Source: Bdellovibrionota bacterium (lineage in GTDB: Bacteria > Bdellovibrionota_C > UBA2361 > OMII01). Taken from it: a DNA stretch of 50,962 nucleotides. A program made the position numbers and the translations under genes. This document shows, in pieces, positions 1 through 9,520 of this stretch (within the stretch, counting starts at the first letter, position 1; every line of letters starts with the position of its first letter). The notes under the pieces are model-generated. The model was not told the DNA's origin and did not search any database. It was given only the letters and a program-made list of their open reading frames with translations. The DNA lies in the NCBI GenBank assembly GCA_044356215.1, contig JBIKWQ010000014.1, positions 1 through 50,962 of the forward strand, written 5' to 3'.

Positions 1-53
1 GTGAGTCTGTGTGATTCAAGAACCTCGTGAGCTAAAGATCTACCATCCGTCAT
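1..53 (-). CDS. Partial IS630-family transposase (N-terminus only)
   Basis: ATG at 53, open to the window edge; N-terminal motif as above. Only 17 codons are visible. Confidence 0.55.
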   Translation of the reverse strand, partial: MTDGRSLAHEVLESHRL

Positions 54-124
54 ACGACGAAAGATAAACCTTTTTGAGGTTTTGCGCAGTAAGAAAAATG
101 TAAACTATCCCACGTTACCTACTA
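1..124 (-). mobile_element. Probable left end of an IS630-family insertion sequence (continues beyond the window edge)
   Basis: The MFS frame diverges right after a TA (123-124). A minus-strand ORF from ATG 53 reads MTDGRSLAHEVLESHRL, resembling the DGRxLxHxxLExxR N-terminus of IS630 transposases, which target TA. Confidence 0.65.
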
Positions 125-1181
125 TATTAGTCCCAAACTGCTCCGCTGACATCGTTATCAAGCAAGCCCAATAACCCGCTGTTAGTCCAAGCACTGATAC
201 CAACAAAAGATAAGCTAAGGCGCTTGTGAAGAAACCCGCCACCACTACTATTGAAACCACAAAATTAATCCCAACCAAAAAAACCAGCGGCTCTTTTCGT
301 CGTCGCGTTAACTGACTCATCACGCCCGCCAAAACATCGCCAATAGTTAAGCCCACGGAGACACACAGCATAACATCAGAAACTGATATCGTCTCGGTGA
401 TACCCAAAGCTGGAGCTAATTCTGGCGAGAAGACAGCGAATATACAGAAGGTCAGATAGATCGGCATCCCTGCCGCTACACAGCTTAGAAAGCGTAAAAG
501 CAGATCGGGCGTAGTTACTAATTGCTTGATAGAGCCTCTTTTAATCGAGTGATTATTGCTCATTTTTTCAAAGAGGCCTGAGTCATGGGTAAAAATCCGG
601 AGAAAAAAAAGAGCTAGGCCCAGACATCCGCCTACGAAAAAAGCTGTTCGCCACGAAAGATACTTTCCCATAAGGGCCGCCAAGATCGCCCCAGCCACCC
701 CAAGGCCGGTAACAAAGGTGGTACCTATTCCACGTTTATCCCGAGGCAGAATCTCGCAAACCAAGGTGATTCCGGCCCCTATCTCTCCAGCTAATCCGAC
801 TCCTGTGATAAACCTGAGAATCACGTATTGCGGCACAGATGTCACAAATGCGTTTAGAATGTTACCAACCGAATAGAGCAAGATAGAGCCAAACATCACG
901 CTCGCCCTACCTCTCTTGTCACCCATAACTCCCCAGACAACGCTGCCTACTAGGAGTCCAACTTGCTGATAATTAAGTAGCAAGGCGCCGGTATCAGTAA
1001 CCTGTTCGCCCGAAAGACCCAGATCACGTAAACTGGCGACTCTCAGGTTTGAAAAAAGCCATAGATCAGTAACGTCAACGAAGTAGCCTAGCGCTGCTAC
1101 CAAAACAGTTACCCAAACCCAGGTTCCATCATCCTTGCCCGGGGACTGGCTTTCAACACTTCGATCTATTGCACTGGCCAT
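105..1181 (-). pseudogene. MFS transporter, C-terminally truncated by an insertion
   Basis: MFS motifs GxxGDKRGR and GLAGE(I)GAG. The protein ends AEQFGTNI-VGNVG*, where this family normally continues through the last TM helices. Confidence 0.75.
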
Positions 1182-1327
1182 ATATTTTTTCTCTCTCGGT
1201 TCAGAGCTTATCTGCTTGCGGGTATGACCATAAACTAATCCAATTTAATTTCCAATAAAGACCGAATAGCCCTAATCATCCCCTGGTTACATCGAATACC
1301 TGCTGGTAAGAAATCGCTAAATTTAAC

Positions 1328-1490
1328 CGCGCGCGGTCTCTGAGAGGGCTAGAGGTTAGGCTAGAGGGGCTGTACTTTCAGCCACTTAGGGACTCAACCG
1401 CCCATTTTAAACGGCCGCCGACCCCTAAAACGAGACCCACCTGAGAGAACTCCCGCGCGGTCTCTGAGAGGGCGCGCGCGGTCTCTGAGA
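1328..1490 (+). repeat. Three copies of CGCGCGGTCTCTGAGA(GGGC)
   Basis: Copies at about 1330-1349, 1454-1473 and 1475-1490 in the MFS/rpsP intergenic region. Confidence 0.85.
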
Positions 1491-1577
1491 AGAGCGAGAA
1501 ACCCGGAGCCCTTTACCTGGGGGGTGGTTTTGGTGTAGCATCCGCCAGTTATCTTTGTGCCTTTTACAGGAGTTATC

Positions 1578-1943
1578 GTGGCAGTTGTTCTTCGTCTAGC
1601 TAGGCTTGGTAAGCATAAGTCACCAGCATACCGCGTTGTCGCGACCGACAAGCAAAATAAGCGTGATGGTAAATTTCTCGAAGTCGTCGGGACCTACAAT
1701 CCAGTGGCGTCACCAGCTCAAGTGTCCCTTAAAGAGGACAGAATTAAGAAGTGGCTAAATGCAGGAGCTTTGCCAACCGAGGTTGTGCGCTCACTCATCA
1801 AGCGCTCTCTTCCTGGTGTCATCGAGGCTCGCGAGGAGCACAAGAAGAAGAAGACTCAGGAGGCTCGTCGCAAGCGCAAGGAGCGTGTCGCTAAGAGCGG
1901 TGGCACAAAGAGCACTGCTAAGAAGGCTAAGGCCTCTAAGTAG
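1578..1943 (+). CDS. rpsP: 30S ribosomal protein S16 with Lys/Arg-rich C-terminal extension
   Basis: LRLARLG..YRVVATD..RDGKFLEVVGTYNP; GTG start after an AGGAG RBS. Confidence 0.97.
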   Translation: MAVVLRLARLGKHKSPAYRVVATDKQNKRDGKFLEVVGTYNPVASPAQVSLKEDRIKKWLNAGALPTEVVRSLIKRSLPGVIEAREEHKKKKTQEARRKRKERVAKSGGTKSTAKKAKASK

Positions 1944-1988
1944 TCCACCACTAGTTTGCTCCCCTGGGTTCTAGGGCAGCGCTCTTCT

Positions 1989-2025
1989 AAAAGCGGTCGT
2001 CTCCAATAGGAGCGGCCGCTTTTTT
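1989..2025 (+). terminator. Rho-independent terminator-like hairpin after rpsP
   Basis: AAAAGCGGTCG(T)CTCC-loop-GGAGCGGCCGC followed by a T run. Confidence 0.7.
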
Positions 2026-2042
2026 GTTAAACAAAACTTAAC

Positions 2043-2726
2043 ATGTGGAACATTGAGATCCTGACCATCTTCCCCGGAATCTTTGAGAGCTTCCTAAAAA
2101 CAAGCCTGGTAGCCAAAGCAATCACACGTGGGCTCCTCGCCGTTAAGACAACTAATATTCGCGATTTCTCATCCCCTCCTCATCACAAGGTTGACGATTC
2201 GCCTTACGGCGGAGGCGCCGGCATGGTGATGATGGTTGAGCCATTAGTCAAAGCGATCGAATCAGCGAAGGAGCGGCGACCATCTGCCAGAGTGATTCTA
2301 CTTAGCCCAGGTGGCCCCAGATTCACTCAAGCTAAAGCTAAAGAGCTATCGGAACTAGACTCGATCATATTCGTCTGCGGGCGCTATGAAGGCATCGATC
2401 AGCGCGCCATAGATCTCGCTATCGATGAGGAGCTCTCAATCGGTGACTTTGTTGTAATGGGCGGAGAGGTGCCAGCGATGCTTGTGATGGAAGCCAGCCT
2501 CAGACTCAGGCCCGATGTTATTCATAACGATGAATCAACCGCCTTTGAATCGTTCTCTCCAGCTCTTGGGGATGGCTCCCTAGTGGAATCACCCCAGTAT
2601 ACACGCCCAGAGGAATATCGCGGAAAGAAAGTCCCTGATATCCTTCTTTCAGGAAACCACAAAGCGATCTCCGATTGGCGCCTTGCAGAATCAAAAAGGA
2701 AAACGAGCAAGCTACGCCAACAGTGA
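2043..2726 (+). CDS. trmD: tRNA (guanine-N1)-methyltransferase TrmD
   Basis: VDDSPYGGGAGMV, CGRYEGID, SIGDFVVMGGE, PQYTRP and LLSGNH motifs. Confidence 0.97.
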   Translation: MWNIEILTIFPGIFESFLKTSLVAKAITRGLLAVKTTNIRDFSSPPHHKVDDSPYGGGAGMVMMVEPLVKAIESAKERRPSARVILLSPGGPRFTQAKAKELSELDSIIFVCGRYEGIDQRAIDLAIDEELSIGDFVVMGGEVPAMLVMEASLRLRPDVIHNDESTAFESFSPALGDGSLVESPQYTRPEEYRGKKVPDILLSGNHKAISDWRLAESKRKTSKLRQQ

Positions 2727-2761
2727 TATAAGAACAAAAACACCCGACTAGATCCTATTTT

Positions 2762-3337
2762 ATGACTCAACAATCCTCGAACTTCAGCTTAAACGTTGCC
2801 CTGCTTCACGACGGCATGGTTGATAAAACAGGGAAGACCGTCACAACATCCGTGACCTTAATCGACGTGCATGACATCTCCCGTAGTAGCAAGACCTACG
2901 GAGCCGACTCATTATTTGTCGTACACTCGTCACAAACGATGCGTGCTTTGGTCCGCACAATAAAGCAGCATTGGGACGGAGACTTTGGCTCGCGCTACAA
3001 TCCAAACCGCCAGGATGCCCTTGGCGTTTTATCTATCTCCGCTAGCCTCGACGAGGCACTAATGCAGATAGAGCGGAGAACTGGAAAGCTGCCTAAAATC
3101 ATCGCTACCTCCGCTAGAGATGGGGACGATCGCGTAAGCTACTCAGATATGCGCGCTAAGATGATATCTTCTGACGACTCATACCTCCTTATCTTTGGAA
3201 CAGGATGGGGTATGGGGCCAGAGCTGATGGCGCGAGCCGATTACATACTAAAACCGATCTACGGACCGACGCCGTACAATCACCTCTCTGTCCGTGCGGC
3301 GTGCGCGATTATTCTCGATCGACTGCTCGGGAAGTAG
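2762..3337 (+). CDS. SPOUT-family RNA methyltransferase (type found adjacent or fused to TrmD)
   Basis: DVHDISRS..TYG, ATSA, FGTGWG and YNHLSVRAA..IILDRL motifs. Confidence 0.85.
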   Translation: MTQQSSNFSLNVALLHDGMVDKTGKTVTTSVTLIDVHDISRSSKTYGADSLFVVHSSQTMRALVRTIKQHWDGDFGSRYNPNRQDALGVLSISASLDEALMQIERRTGKLPKIIATSARDGDDRVSYSDMRAKMISSDDSYLLIFGTGWGMGPELMARADYILKPIYGPTPYNHLSVRAACAIILDRLLGK

Positions 3338-3349
3338 GCTACAAGGTAG

Positions 3350-3946
3350 TTACGCCAGCGCTCTTAACAGACTTAAGACAGCCTGGCCACGGTGCGAAAG
3401 GAATGGCACCGTGGCAGAGTTATTGATAGCCAATAAATTCGCCAATGAGAGCGATTGCCCTTTGGGTATAAATACATAACTAAAGGGCAGGGTCCCCTTG
3501 GCTTTTACATCAGCCAGACCGAGCACTACATTTCCAGCCAGGGACTTAGTTACAGCAACCGACCGTCCCGAAGGTTCCGCATATGCTACGCAGCAAACTA
3601 GCCGCGCCTCTGCATTTCTTTTGCCGTTCAGCATCTTCCTGACACGCTCAAAACCGAAGCGCGCCGTAAAGACCCCAGGCAATCCCGCTAAACAATCGAT
3701 CTCTAATCCCGAATCATCAGCGAAACACGAGCGGCCGCTCCAGCTCGCATATGCCTTGGCTTTTATTACCGCGTTATCTTCGTACGAAATTCCGCTCTCA
3801 AGAACTGTAGGGGCATCGCTCAAGCTTCCTTGCTTCTCTGCTTCACCTAAGCCAATCAGGTCTATCTCAAATCGCTCCGCTAAGGTCTTTATCTCAGCTA
3901 GCTTCCCCGCGTTTGTCGTCCCGTATAGAAAATGCTTTTTTCTCAT
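3350..3946 (-). CDS. HAM1/RdgB-family non-canonical purine NTP pyrophosphatase (divergent)
   Basis: TTNAGKLAE, NAVIKA, ADDSGL, PGVFTARF and SHR motifs; start placed at MRKKH. Confidence 0.85.
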   Translation of the reverse strand: MRKKHFLYGTTNAGKLAEIKTLAERFEIDLIGLGEAEKQGSLSDAPTVLESGISYEDNAVIKAKAYASWSGRSCFADDSGLEIDCLAGLPGVFTARFGFERVRKMLNGKRNAEARLVCCVAYAEPSGRSVAVTKSLAGNVVLGLADVKAKGTLPFSYVFIPKGQSLSLANLLAINNSATVPFLSHRGQAVLSLLRALA

Positions 3947-4015
3947 AGACCCGCCAGGAAGCGCGCGAAAACTCAATCTAGCCGTCAGCTACGTTAAGGT
4001 GGTAACATCTACCTC

Positions 4016-4489
4016 ATGCACTCGGTTTTAGACGTTATCTCCAATAGTTTCAACCTTCCACTTATCCTCGCGGCCGTCCTTGGAGCTTTAATCGGTGTGG
4101 AGCGAGAGCTCGCAGGGAAGGACCCTAGCATCCGCACTTTTGCCCTAATCAGCATGGGCAGCTGCATGTTTGCGCTACTCTCCTGGGAATCCCTCGCGGT
4201 ATTCCAAGTTGGAGATCCATCTCGCATCGCCGCTCAGATTATCCCAGGTATCGGTTTTCTTGGAGCCGGAACTATATTTAGATCTAAGTACGGTGTATCT
4301 GGATTTACCACCGCGGCCCTGATGTGGGTCACCGCGGGGATCGGCATGGCTGTTGGCCTGAAACGGATAGATCTGGCGGTATCTGCTACTATCACCGCTT
4401 TATTTATAACCTTATCGCTACGGATAGTTCACAAATACGTCAGAGTTAAGCTTGGCCCAAAGAGGTTACCCGATCACTTCGACCAGTAA
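4016..4489 (+). CDS. MgtC/SapB-family membrane protein
   Basis: GALIGVERE, IRTF, DPSRIAAQI..GIGFLGAG, GFTTAA. Confidence 0.92.
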   Translation: MHSVLDVISNSFNLPLILAAVLGALIGVERELAGKDPSIRTFALISMGSCMFALLSWESLAVFQVGDPSRIAAQIIPGIGFLGAGTIFRSKYGVSGFTTAALMWVTAGIGMAVGLKRIDLAVSATITALFITLSLRIVHKYVRVKLGPKRLPDHFDQ

Positions 4490-4509
4490 ACACTTCCAGA
4501 GTCTGTTCC

Positions 4510-5841
4510 TTAAAAATCCCATCCAAGCTCTGCTAATGCCGGGTTAATAACCCGCTCACTGACGCCGATAAAATCATCATCTACGCCAGCTGCAAGCGCT
4601 TGCACCTCAGACACGAGCTGTCTTTGCGCCCGCTTCCTGATGCTATTCCAACGATCCATTACATAAGACAGATCCGGCGCGGACTCAGTTAGCAGGCCAC
4701 TTAACTTTTCCGCAACCAATTCCGCGCTGAAAGTGCTACGCGCATAGCTCTCACCCGCCAAAGCAACACCTCCAACAGGACTCCGCGCTAGCGCCTCCAA
4801 TATCAAGCGAAGCTGCATTGATTCATGGGTTCCAGGAGTAACACCAAAAACAACATCAGATGGGAAATCCTCACCTTGAGCTGAAAGCGCGACAACAGAT
4901 GGACATCCAGCTAAAAGAGAGCGTTGAATAAAAGGCGCCAGATGGCCAAATGGACTGGTATGTAGATGAAGAGCCACATCGCTCTCTGAAACCACATCTG
5001 ACCACACTTTATCCTCTCTAGAAGATAGAAAAACAACCTTGTCTTCAGAAATTCCGAATTCTCGAATCAGACTGTCCGCTCTCTCCCGCTCGCTATGATC
5101 TAGCATCCACACCAACTTCCATGGGAAATCTAACTCGCGAAGCACCGGTAGAACCTTGTGCATCCGACCCTCAATACCAGGTACTGATAAAGTAGAGATC
5201 GTAAACAGTTCCTTCTGTCTATCTTCGCGATTAACTGGATCTACTGGCAAATCAATTGGAACCTCGAGAACCTCAGATCTGTGCGAACCAGATGGGCTTT
5301 CCAAGCGGTTACAAACCATCCTGCTAAATTCATTAAGCGCCCAGCGTGAGCTAAAGAGCGTTACCGGAGATAGCGCCGTCTCACGGAAGGCTCGCGGCCA
5401 CAATTGATGAGGAGCCTTTAAGCGATCCGCAAAATCAAGTTTCGGATCGTAGAACTGCTTAATCGTCAACTCCCACGGCGATGTGTGACACGCCTCTGGT
5501 CCCAGATCGTTACAGAAGAGATCGTGCATCCAAACCACACCAGGCATTAGACCGATGTGCCCCCTGATAAAACGACATGCGCGCGAATCCTCAAGCTGAT
5601 AGAAGAAGAGATCAAACGGCCGCTCCGCGTGCCGCTGATACGCCTTTAAATAGTTATAATACGGAAGATTAAACGCGTCGCTTGAGTTATCAACTAAAGC
5701 CAGATCCGAGAAGACCTCGATCTGATGTTGCTTCGAAAGATATGGTAGTAAAAGACGAGAACAGTAAGTTGATAAACTCTCCGGACGCCCTATCGAGAGA
5801 TCGGAGAACCAAGCGATACGGAGTCCTGAGTTACTCACCAC
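4510..5841 (-). CDS. Glycosyltransferase (GT4-like, divergent)
   Basis: N-terminal RIAWFS, PGVVWMHD; abuts and is co-oriented with a GT4 and a methyltransferase. Confidence 0.65.
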   Translation of the reverse strand: MVSNSGLRIAWFSDLSIGRPESLSTYCSRLLLPYLSKQHQIEVFSDLALVDNSSDAFNLPYYNYLKAYQRHAERPFDLFFYQLEDSRACRFIRGHIGLMPGVVWMHDLFCNDLGPEACHTSPWELTIKQFYDPKLDFADRLKAPHQLWPRAFRETALSPVTLFSSRWALNEFSRMVCNRLESPSGSHRSEVLEVPIDLPVDPVNREDRQKELFTISTLSVPGIEGRMHKVLPVLRELDFPWKLVWMLDHSERERADSLIREFGISEDKVVFLSSREDKVWSDVVSESDVALHLHTSPFGHLAPFIQRSLLAGCPSVVALSAQGEDFPSDVVFGVTPGTHESMQLRLILEALARSPVGGVALAGESYARSTFSAELVAEKLSGLLTESAPDLSYVMDRWNSIRKRAQRQLVSEVQALAAGVDDDFIGVSERVINPALAELGWDF

Positions 5842-6939
5842 CTAGCCTCCGACCGCTACACCACATTTGCTCGTCGCGGCCAACGGCGATAATAGACGCT
5901 CTATTACCCTATCCCACCCAGACTCTGCGATTCCTGCCTTTTCTATAAAATCCCTTCCCTGTGAGCCGATCCTCTCCGCTAACGCACGATCCTGACGCAA
6001 TGCGTTGAATGCGCCCGCCACTGCTTCAGGAGTTGGTTGAGTGATAAAACCGTTGTAGCCATCCTGCACGAACTCAAGAGTGCCACCGCTATCAACAGCA
6101 GTGATAACCGGCTTACCGCTCGCCATCGCCTCAAGGGTTACGTACCCGTAATCCTCATTGTACGGGGCGTAAAAAACAGCCATAGACCGCGCATAAAGGT
6201 CAATCAGCTCCGAGTCACTAACACGACCCAGGAAATCCACCCTAGAATCAAGGTCGTGCTTCTTGATCTCATTCTTAAAAAACACGAGAGCGTCAGGTTC
6301 ATCCGGAACACCTACGATCTTAAGTCGTAAGCCAGGCGTTAACGCCAACGCGTTAATCATAATATCTAGTCGCTTAATGCGGCAGATACGACCTACTGAT
6401 AAGATGTATGGCTCAGACTTCTCACAACGATATAAATTACCAAGCGGCAACGGAGGATAGAGCACTTCAGAGGAGAGCCCGTTAAAGGCACTTAACCGAT
6501 CTGCAACATTCTTCGAGATGCTAGACCTGTAGGCACACTCACCAAGGACTTTCAGATCCCCATCTGTCAGCATACGCCTCATCGCCTCATCACGGGGATC
6601 ATCTCCTATATCAGAGTACTGACTTCCGTGAAGCTCATAGATCGACCGCTGTTGATGCACTAACCAGACACTCTTTCGTGGGTGCCTGGCGTAATAGCTC
6701 GGAAACTTGGTGGCGATAACTAGATCTATCTCCTTGCCACAGACATTCTCCAGATCAAGCGCGCGCCACATCGCAGCCTGCGTAATTAGATTTTGCTTAG
6801 GCAACGGATTGTACGGGAGTGCGATGACATCAGACTCGTGTCCCCTCTTCTGTAGCTCTTTAGCTAGAGTAGCTACCAGCACATCCTGACCACCGTGACT
6901 AAACGGCACCTTAACATTTAGAACTAAAACACGAGCCAT
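5842..6939 (-). CDS. Glycosyltransferase family 4
   Basis: VGRI..IKR and EDYGYVTLEAMASGKPVI (EX7E motif). Confidence 0.92.
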   Translation of the reverse strand: MARVLVLNVKVPFSHGGQDVLVATLAKELQKRGHESDVIALPYNPLPKQNLITQAAMWRALDLENVCGKEIDLVIATKFPSYYARHPRKSVWLVHQQRSIYELHGSQYSDIGDDPRDEAMRRMLTDGDLKVLGECAYRSSISKNVADRLSAFNGLSSEVLYPPLPLGNLYRCEKSEPYILSVGRICRIKRLDIMINALALTPGLRLKIVGVPDEPDALVFFKNEIKKHDLDSRVDFLGRVSDSELIDLYARSMAVFYAPYNEDYGYVTLEAMASGKPVITAVDSGGTLEFVQDGYNGFITQPTPEAVAGAFNALRQDRALAERIGSQGRDFIEKAGIAESGWDRVIERLLSPLAATSKCGVAVGG

Positions 6940-6944
6940 AAGAT

Positions 6945-8339
6945 CTAGGCCTCAAGAACTAGACAGTAATCCTGAAAGCCGTAGATCAATCTATTCAACT
7001 GCGAGATGTTCTCATTAATTCGATTGATCGAGTCAGCGACCGCCGGCGTATGCGATGAATCAACTGGGATCTCTTTTAACAAGTGATTAGGGCCAACCGG
7101 AGAAAGCATCTTTGTCTCGATAACCTTCAAACCCGCTAAGGTGGCCATGTACCCTAAAGTATCTGGATGCATCGGCCACACATGGGTCGGATCGCGAAAA
7201 TAGTTAGACGATAGAGCGAGAAGCGACTGAGGGTTAATCGTCTCAAAAGCTATCCTGCCACCTGTCTTAACTTTACGCTTAACCAACTCACAGAGCTCCT
7301 TTAGCTGCTCCCGCGTTAGATGTTCAACGACCTGCACCGCGACTACTCCACCAAGAGAGCTATCTTCTAAGGATCTTAGGTGAGCGATACCATCGCCGTA
7401 CATCGCTTTGCAGCCATTAGAATTAGCTACGTTCACCATTACCGTATCAAGATCAACGCCGTAAGCGTTAATTCCTGCGGCGCTAAACTGCTTTAAAAGC
7501 TCGCCGCGTCCACAACCTATATCGAGCACAGGACCACGAGCATCCCTAAAGAGAGCCGGGTAGATCTTCGTGCGTTGAGAGATCTCCGCCTCACTACCAC
7601 GAAAACGGTTCTCTAGAAGAAGATAAGATAACTTTGGAGCGCTTGCTTCTTCTGCATCCTGACCTTTAGCCTCCGCGGCCAAAGGAGGATTGGAATTTGT
7701 AACGGCCGCAAAGTTATTTATGATCCCCTCTAATCCTCGCACCATTGAATCGATCTTGCCCAGGCGCTCGTCAAACCCAGCAGCTAGATCTACCATCTGT
7801 CTCTTCACCGCGAAGAGCTCAGAGGTCTTCTCGTCATCTATCCGCCTAGCTAAAAGCTCAAGCTCTCTGGTTATGGCTTCATCTCGGGCATCTATATACC
7901 GACCAGTATCGTTTAGGTGCCGAACTAAATGCTCAACGAACTGCCTCTCGGAGACCAGGTACCTAGCGAATATGCTGTTACGCAGAAAGGAAGTTAGCTT
8001 GCGTTTAAAAACAACAACCAACTTACCAATTGGCCCTCGTCGATGAGTCTCTATCTCAGCCCCGGAGAGCTTGGTTTCGAATGAGTAATTAACATTTAAG
8101 AACCGTAGGTTCTCTGCGTGTTGGAGATCTCCATACTTTATTCCACGCGAATCAACGAATTTACCCGCTAGAGGTGATATCGAGATCCGCTCATCGCGAT
8201 GCTGCTCCATATCCTCTCGGATCCTCTGGCGGATCTCCTTCATTAGAGCCGCTACATCGATAGGCGCCTCTTTTGATTCCTGCTTAAGATTATTGGTGTT
8301 TGCTTCTGCCGCTTCAAACGGCCTAACCGGCTGTGACAT
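6945..8339 (-). CDS. Class I SAM methyltransferase with N-terminal coiled coil (O-antigen/polysaccharide-capping type)
   Basis: LENRFRGS, VLDIGCGRGE, QVVEHL, ETINP, DPTH. Start placed at MSQP because the longer ORF runs through a repeat element. Confidence 0.85.
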   Translation of the reverse strand: MSQPVRPFEAAEANTNNLKQESKEAPIDVAALMKEIRQRIREDMEQHRDERISISPLAGKFVDSRGIKYGDLQHAENLRFLNVNYSFETKLSGAEIETHRRGPIGKLVVVFKRKLTSFLRNSIFARYLVSERQFVEHLVRHLNDTGRYIDARDEAITRELELLARRIDDEKTSELFAVKRQMVDLAAGFDERLGKIDSMVRGLEGIINNFAAVTNSNPPLAAEAKGQDAEEASAPKLSYLLLENRFRGSEAEISQRTKIYPALFRDARGPVLDIGCGRGELLKQFSAAGINAYGVDLDTVMVNVANSNGCKAMYGDGIAHLRSLEDSSLGGVVAVQVVEHLTREQLKELCELVKRKVKTGGRIAFETINPQSLLALSSNYFRDPTHVWPMHPDTLGYMATLAGLKVIETKMLSPVGPNHLLKEIPVDSSHTPAVADSINRINENISQLNRLIYGFQDYCLVLEA

Positions 8340-8368
8340 TTTGCTCGCTAGATTAGAAATAACATGAC

Positions 8369-8556
8369 AGGGAAGCGAGGCAAAACCTACCCGTAGCGAG
8401 AAAGTGGAGGTTGAGTTGATATTCGATTTTCGAGATGGGGAAAAACCGCAAGTGTATCCACTGTGATACATTGAGGATTTTTCCCCATCTCGAAAACTCG
8501 AAGAGCGGCTCAAGATCCGCTTTCGCAGTAGGGAGGGGTTTTGACTCGCTTCCCTA
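8369..8556 (+). mobile_element. Palindromic MITE-like element family A, copy 1
   Basis: Terminal inverted repeats AGGGAAGCGAGGCAAAACC / GGTTTTGACTCGCTTCCCT; internal 19-bp stem; homologous to 11856-12112 (inverted) and 50843-50962. Confidence 0.9.
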
Positions 8557-8679
8557 GCTAATAGTCCGAAGTTACTGAATATTCGTCAATAGGCTGGGGC
8601 CGATATGCCCAGAAAAACCAAGCTTTGTACCGGTTTTTCCGTCACATAGGCGGTATATCCTCTTTATTACACCACATCA

Positions 8680-8741
8680 CCTGCTCGTGCTCGAAAACGT
8701 GAGACGTTTACGTCGACGTTATACGGTGCTGTGCACGACAG
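8680..8741 (+). repeat. ACGT/GTGCAC-rich palindromic repeat family C, copy 1
   Basis: About 63 nt aligning with 16858-16921 with about 7 differences. Confidence 0.85.
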
Positions 8742-8745
8742 ACGC

Positions 8746-9501
8746 TTAAGACTCCAACTCCGCGTACAAAGGCGCATGATCAGAAAGCTTACCCCAGGGC
8801 TCCCCTACCAGCGCCCGGCCGCCCACCATCGACAATCCACGAGCGTAGACGCGGTCTAATTTAAAGAGTGGATACACAGTCGGAAAGGTGGCTTGATAGG
8901 CACCGTGAAGATTCTGAAAGACCTCTTTGATTCCTAGCTCGCGCACTAGAACACCCGATGCTCGCTGCTGCCAATCGTTAAAGTCACCGGCCAAGATAAG
9001 AGGCTCCCCCTCGGGAACGCTATCTAAAACTCTCTTACATATCTTTCTTAGCTGCTCATCACGGCATTTTCTAAATAAACTTAGGTGAGCGCAGACGCAG
9101 TGAATGGTCGACTCCACTCCCGGAATCTCAATCTCTGCATGAAGTAACGCCCGACACTCCAGCGGGTTCGTTGAGATATCTATGTTCTCATAGCGTTTAA
9201 TCGGGAACCTACTTAAGATCGCGTTACCCTGATGACCATGTTCAAAAACAGAGGTTTTTCCGTAAGCCACATGCGGCCAAACACTACTGGCGATGTAATG
9301 GCTCTGCGGAAGATCTGGCCACAGCTCGACGTTCTTGGCATGCTTATCATGCTGCCCGATTACCTCCTGTAAAAAAACTATATCAGGAGCGACTGACGCG
9401 ATCGCTCCTCTTATATCAGGAAGGGTAAAGGTGCGGTTGCCGAAACCAAACCCCTTGTGAATATTGTATGACAGTACCTTAATTCGATTCTTCTCTGTCA
9501 T
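8746..9501 (-). CDS. Endonuclease/exonuclease/phosphatase family protein (YbhP-like)
   Basis: SYNIHKG, LQEV, GNAILSRFP, AGDFNDW, LDR and SDH motifs; follows clsB as in ybhO-ybhP. Confidence 0.9.
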   Translation of the reverse strand: MTEKNRIKVLSYNIHKGFGFGNRTFTLPDIRGAIASVAPDIVFLQEVIGQHDKHAKNVELWPDLPQSHYIASSVWPHVAYGKTSVFEHGHQGNAILSRFPIKRYENIDISTNPLECRALLHAEIEIPGVESTIHCVCAHLSLFRKCRDEQLRKICKRVLDSVPEGEPLILAGDFNDWQQRASGVLVRELGIKEVFQNLHGAYQATFPTVYPLFKLDRVYARGLSMVGGRALVGEPWGKLSDHAPLYAELES

Positions 9502-9520
9502 GAATCGTTCACTACTTCTG

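Noticed and set aside
1944..1950. TCCACCA tRNA/tmRNA-like 3' end
   Set aside because: The upstream sequence is rpsP coding DNA with no T-arm or cloverleaf.
3498..4031. Long antisense or overlapping ORFs (e.g. 3498-4031, 46318-46914, 7690-8046, 18278-18652)
   Set aside because: Shadow frames opposite well-supported genes, with no motifs of their own.
8340..8513. N-terminal extension of the methyltransferase ORF (also ORFs 11855-12076 and 12029-12127)
   Set aside because: These frames simply run through family A repeat DNA; downstream ATGs give normal proteins.
8599..8606. GCCGATAT sigma28 -10-like box
   Set aside because: No -35 at the matching spacing, and it points at the 3' end of a convergent gene.
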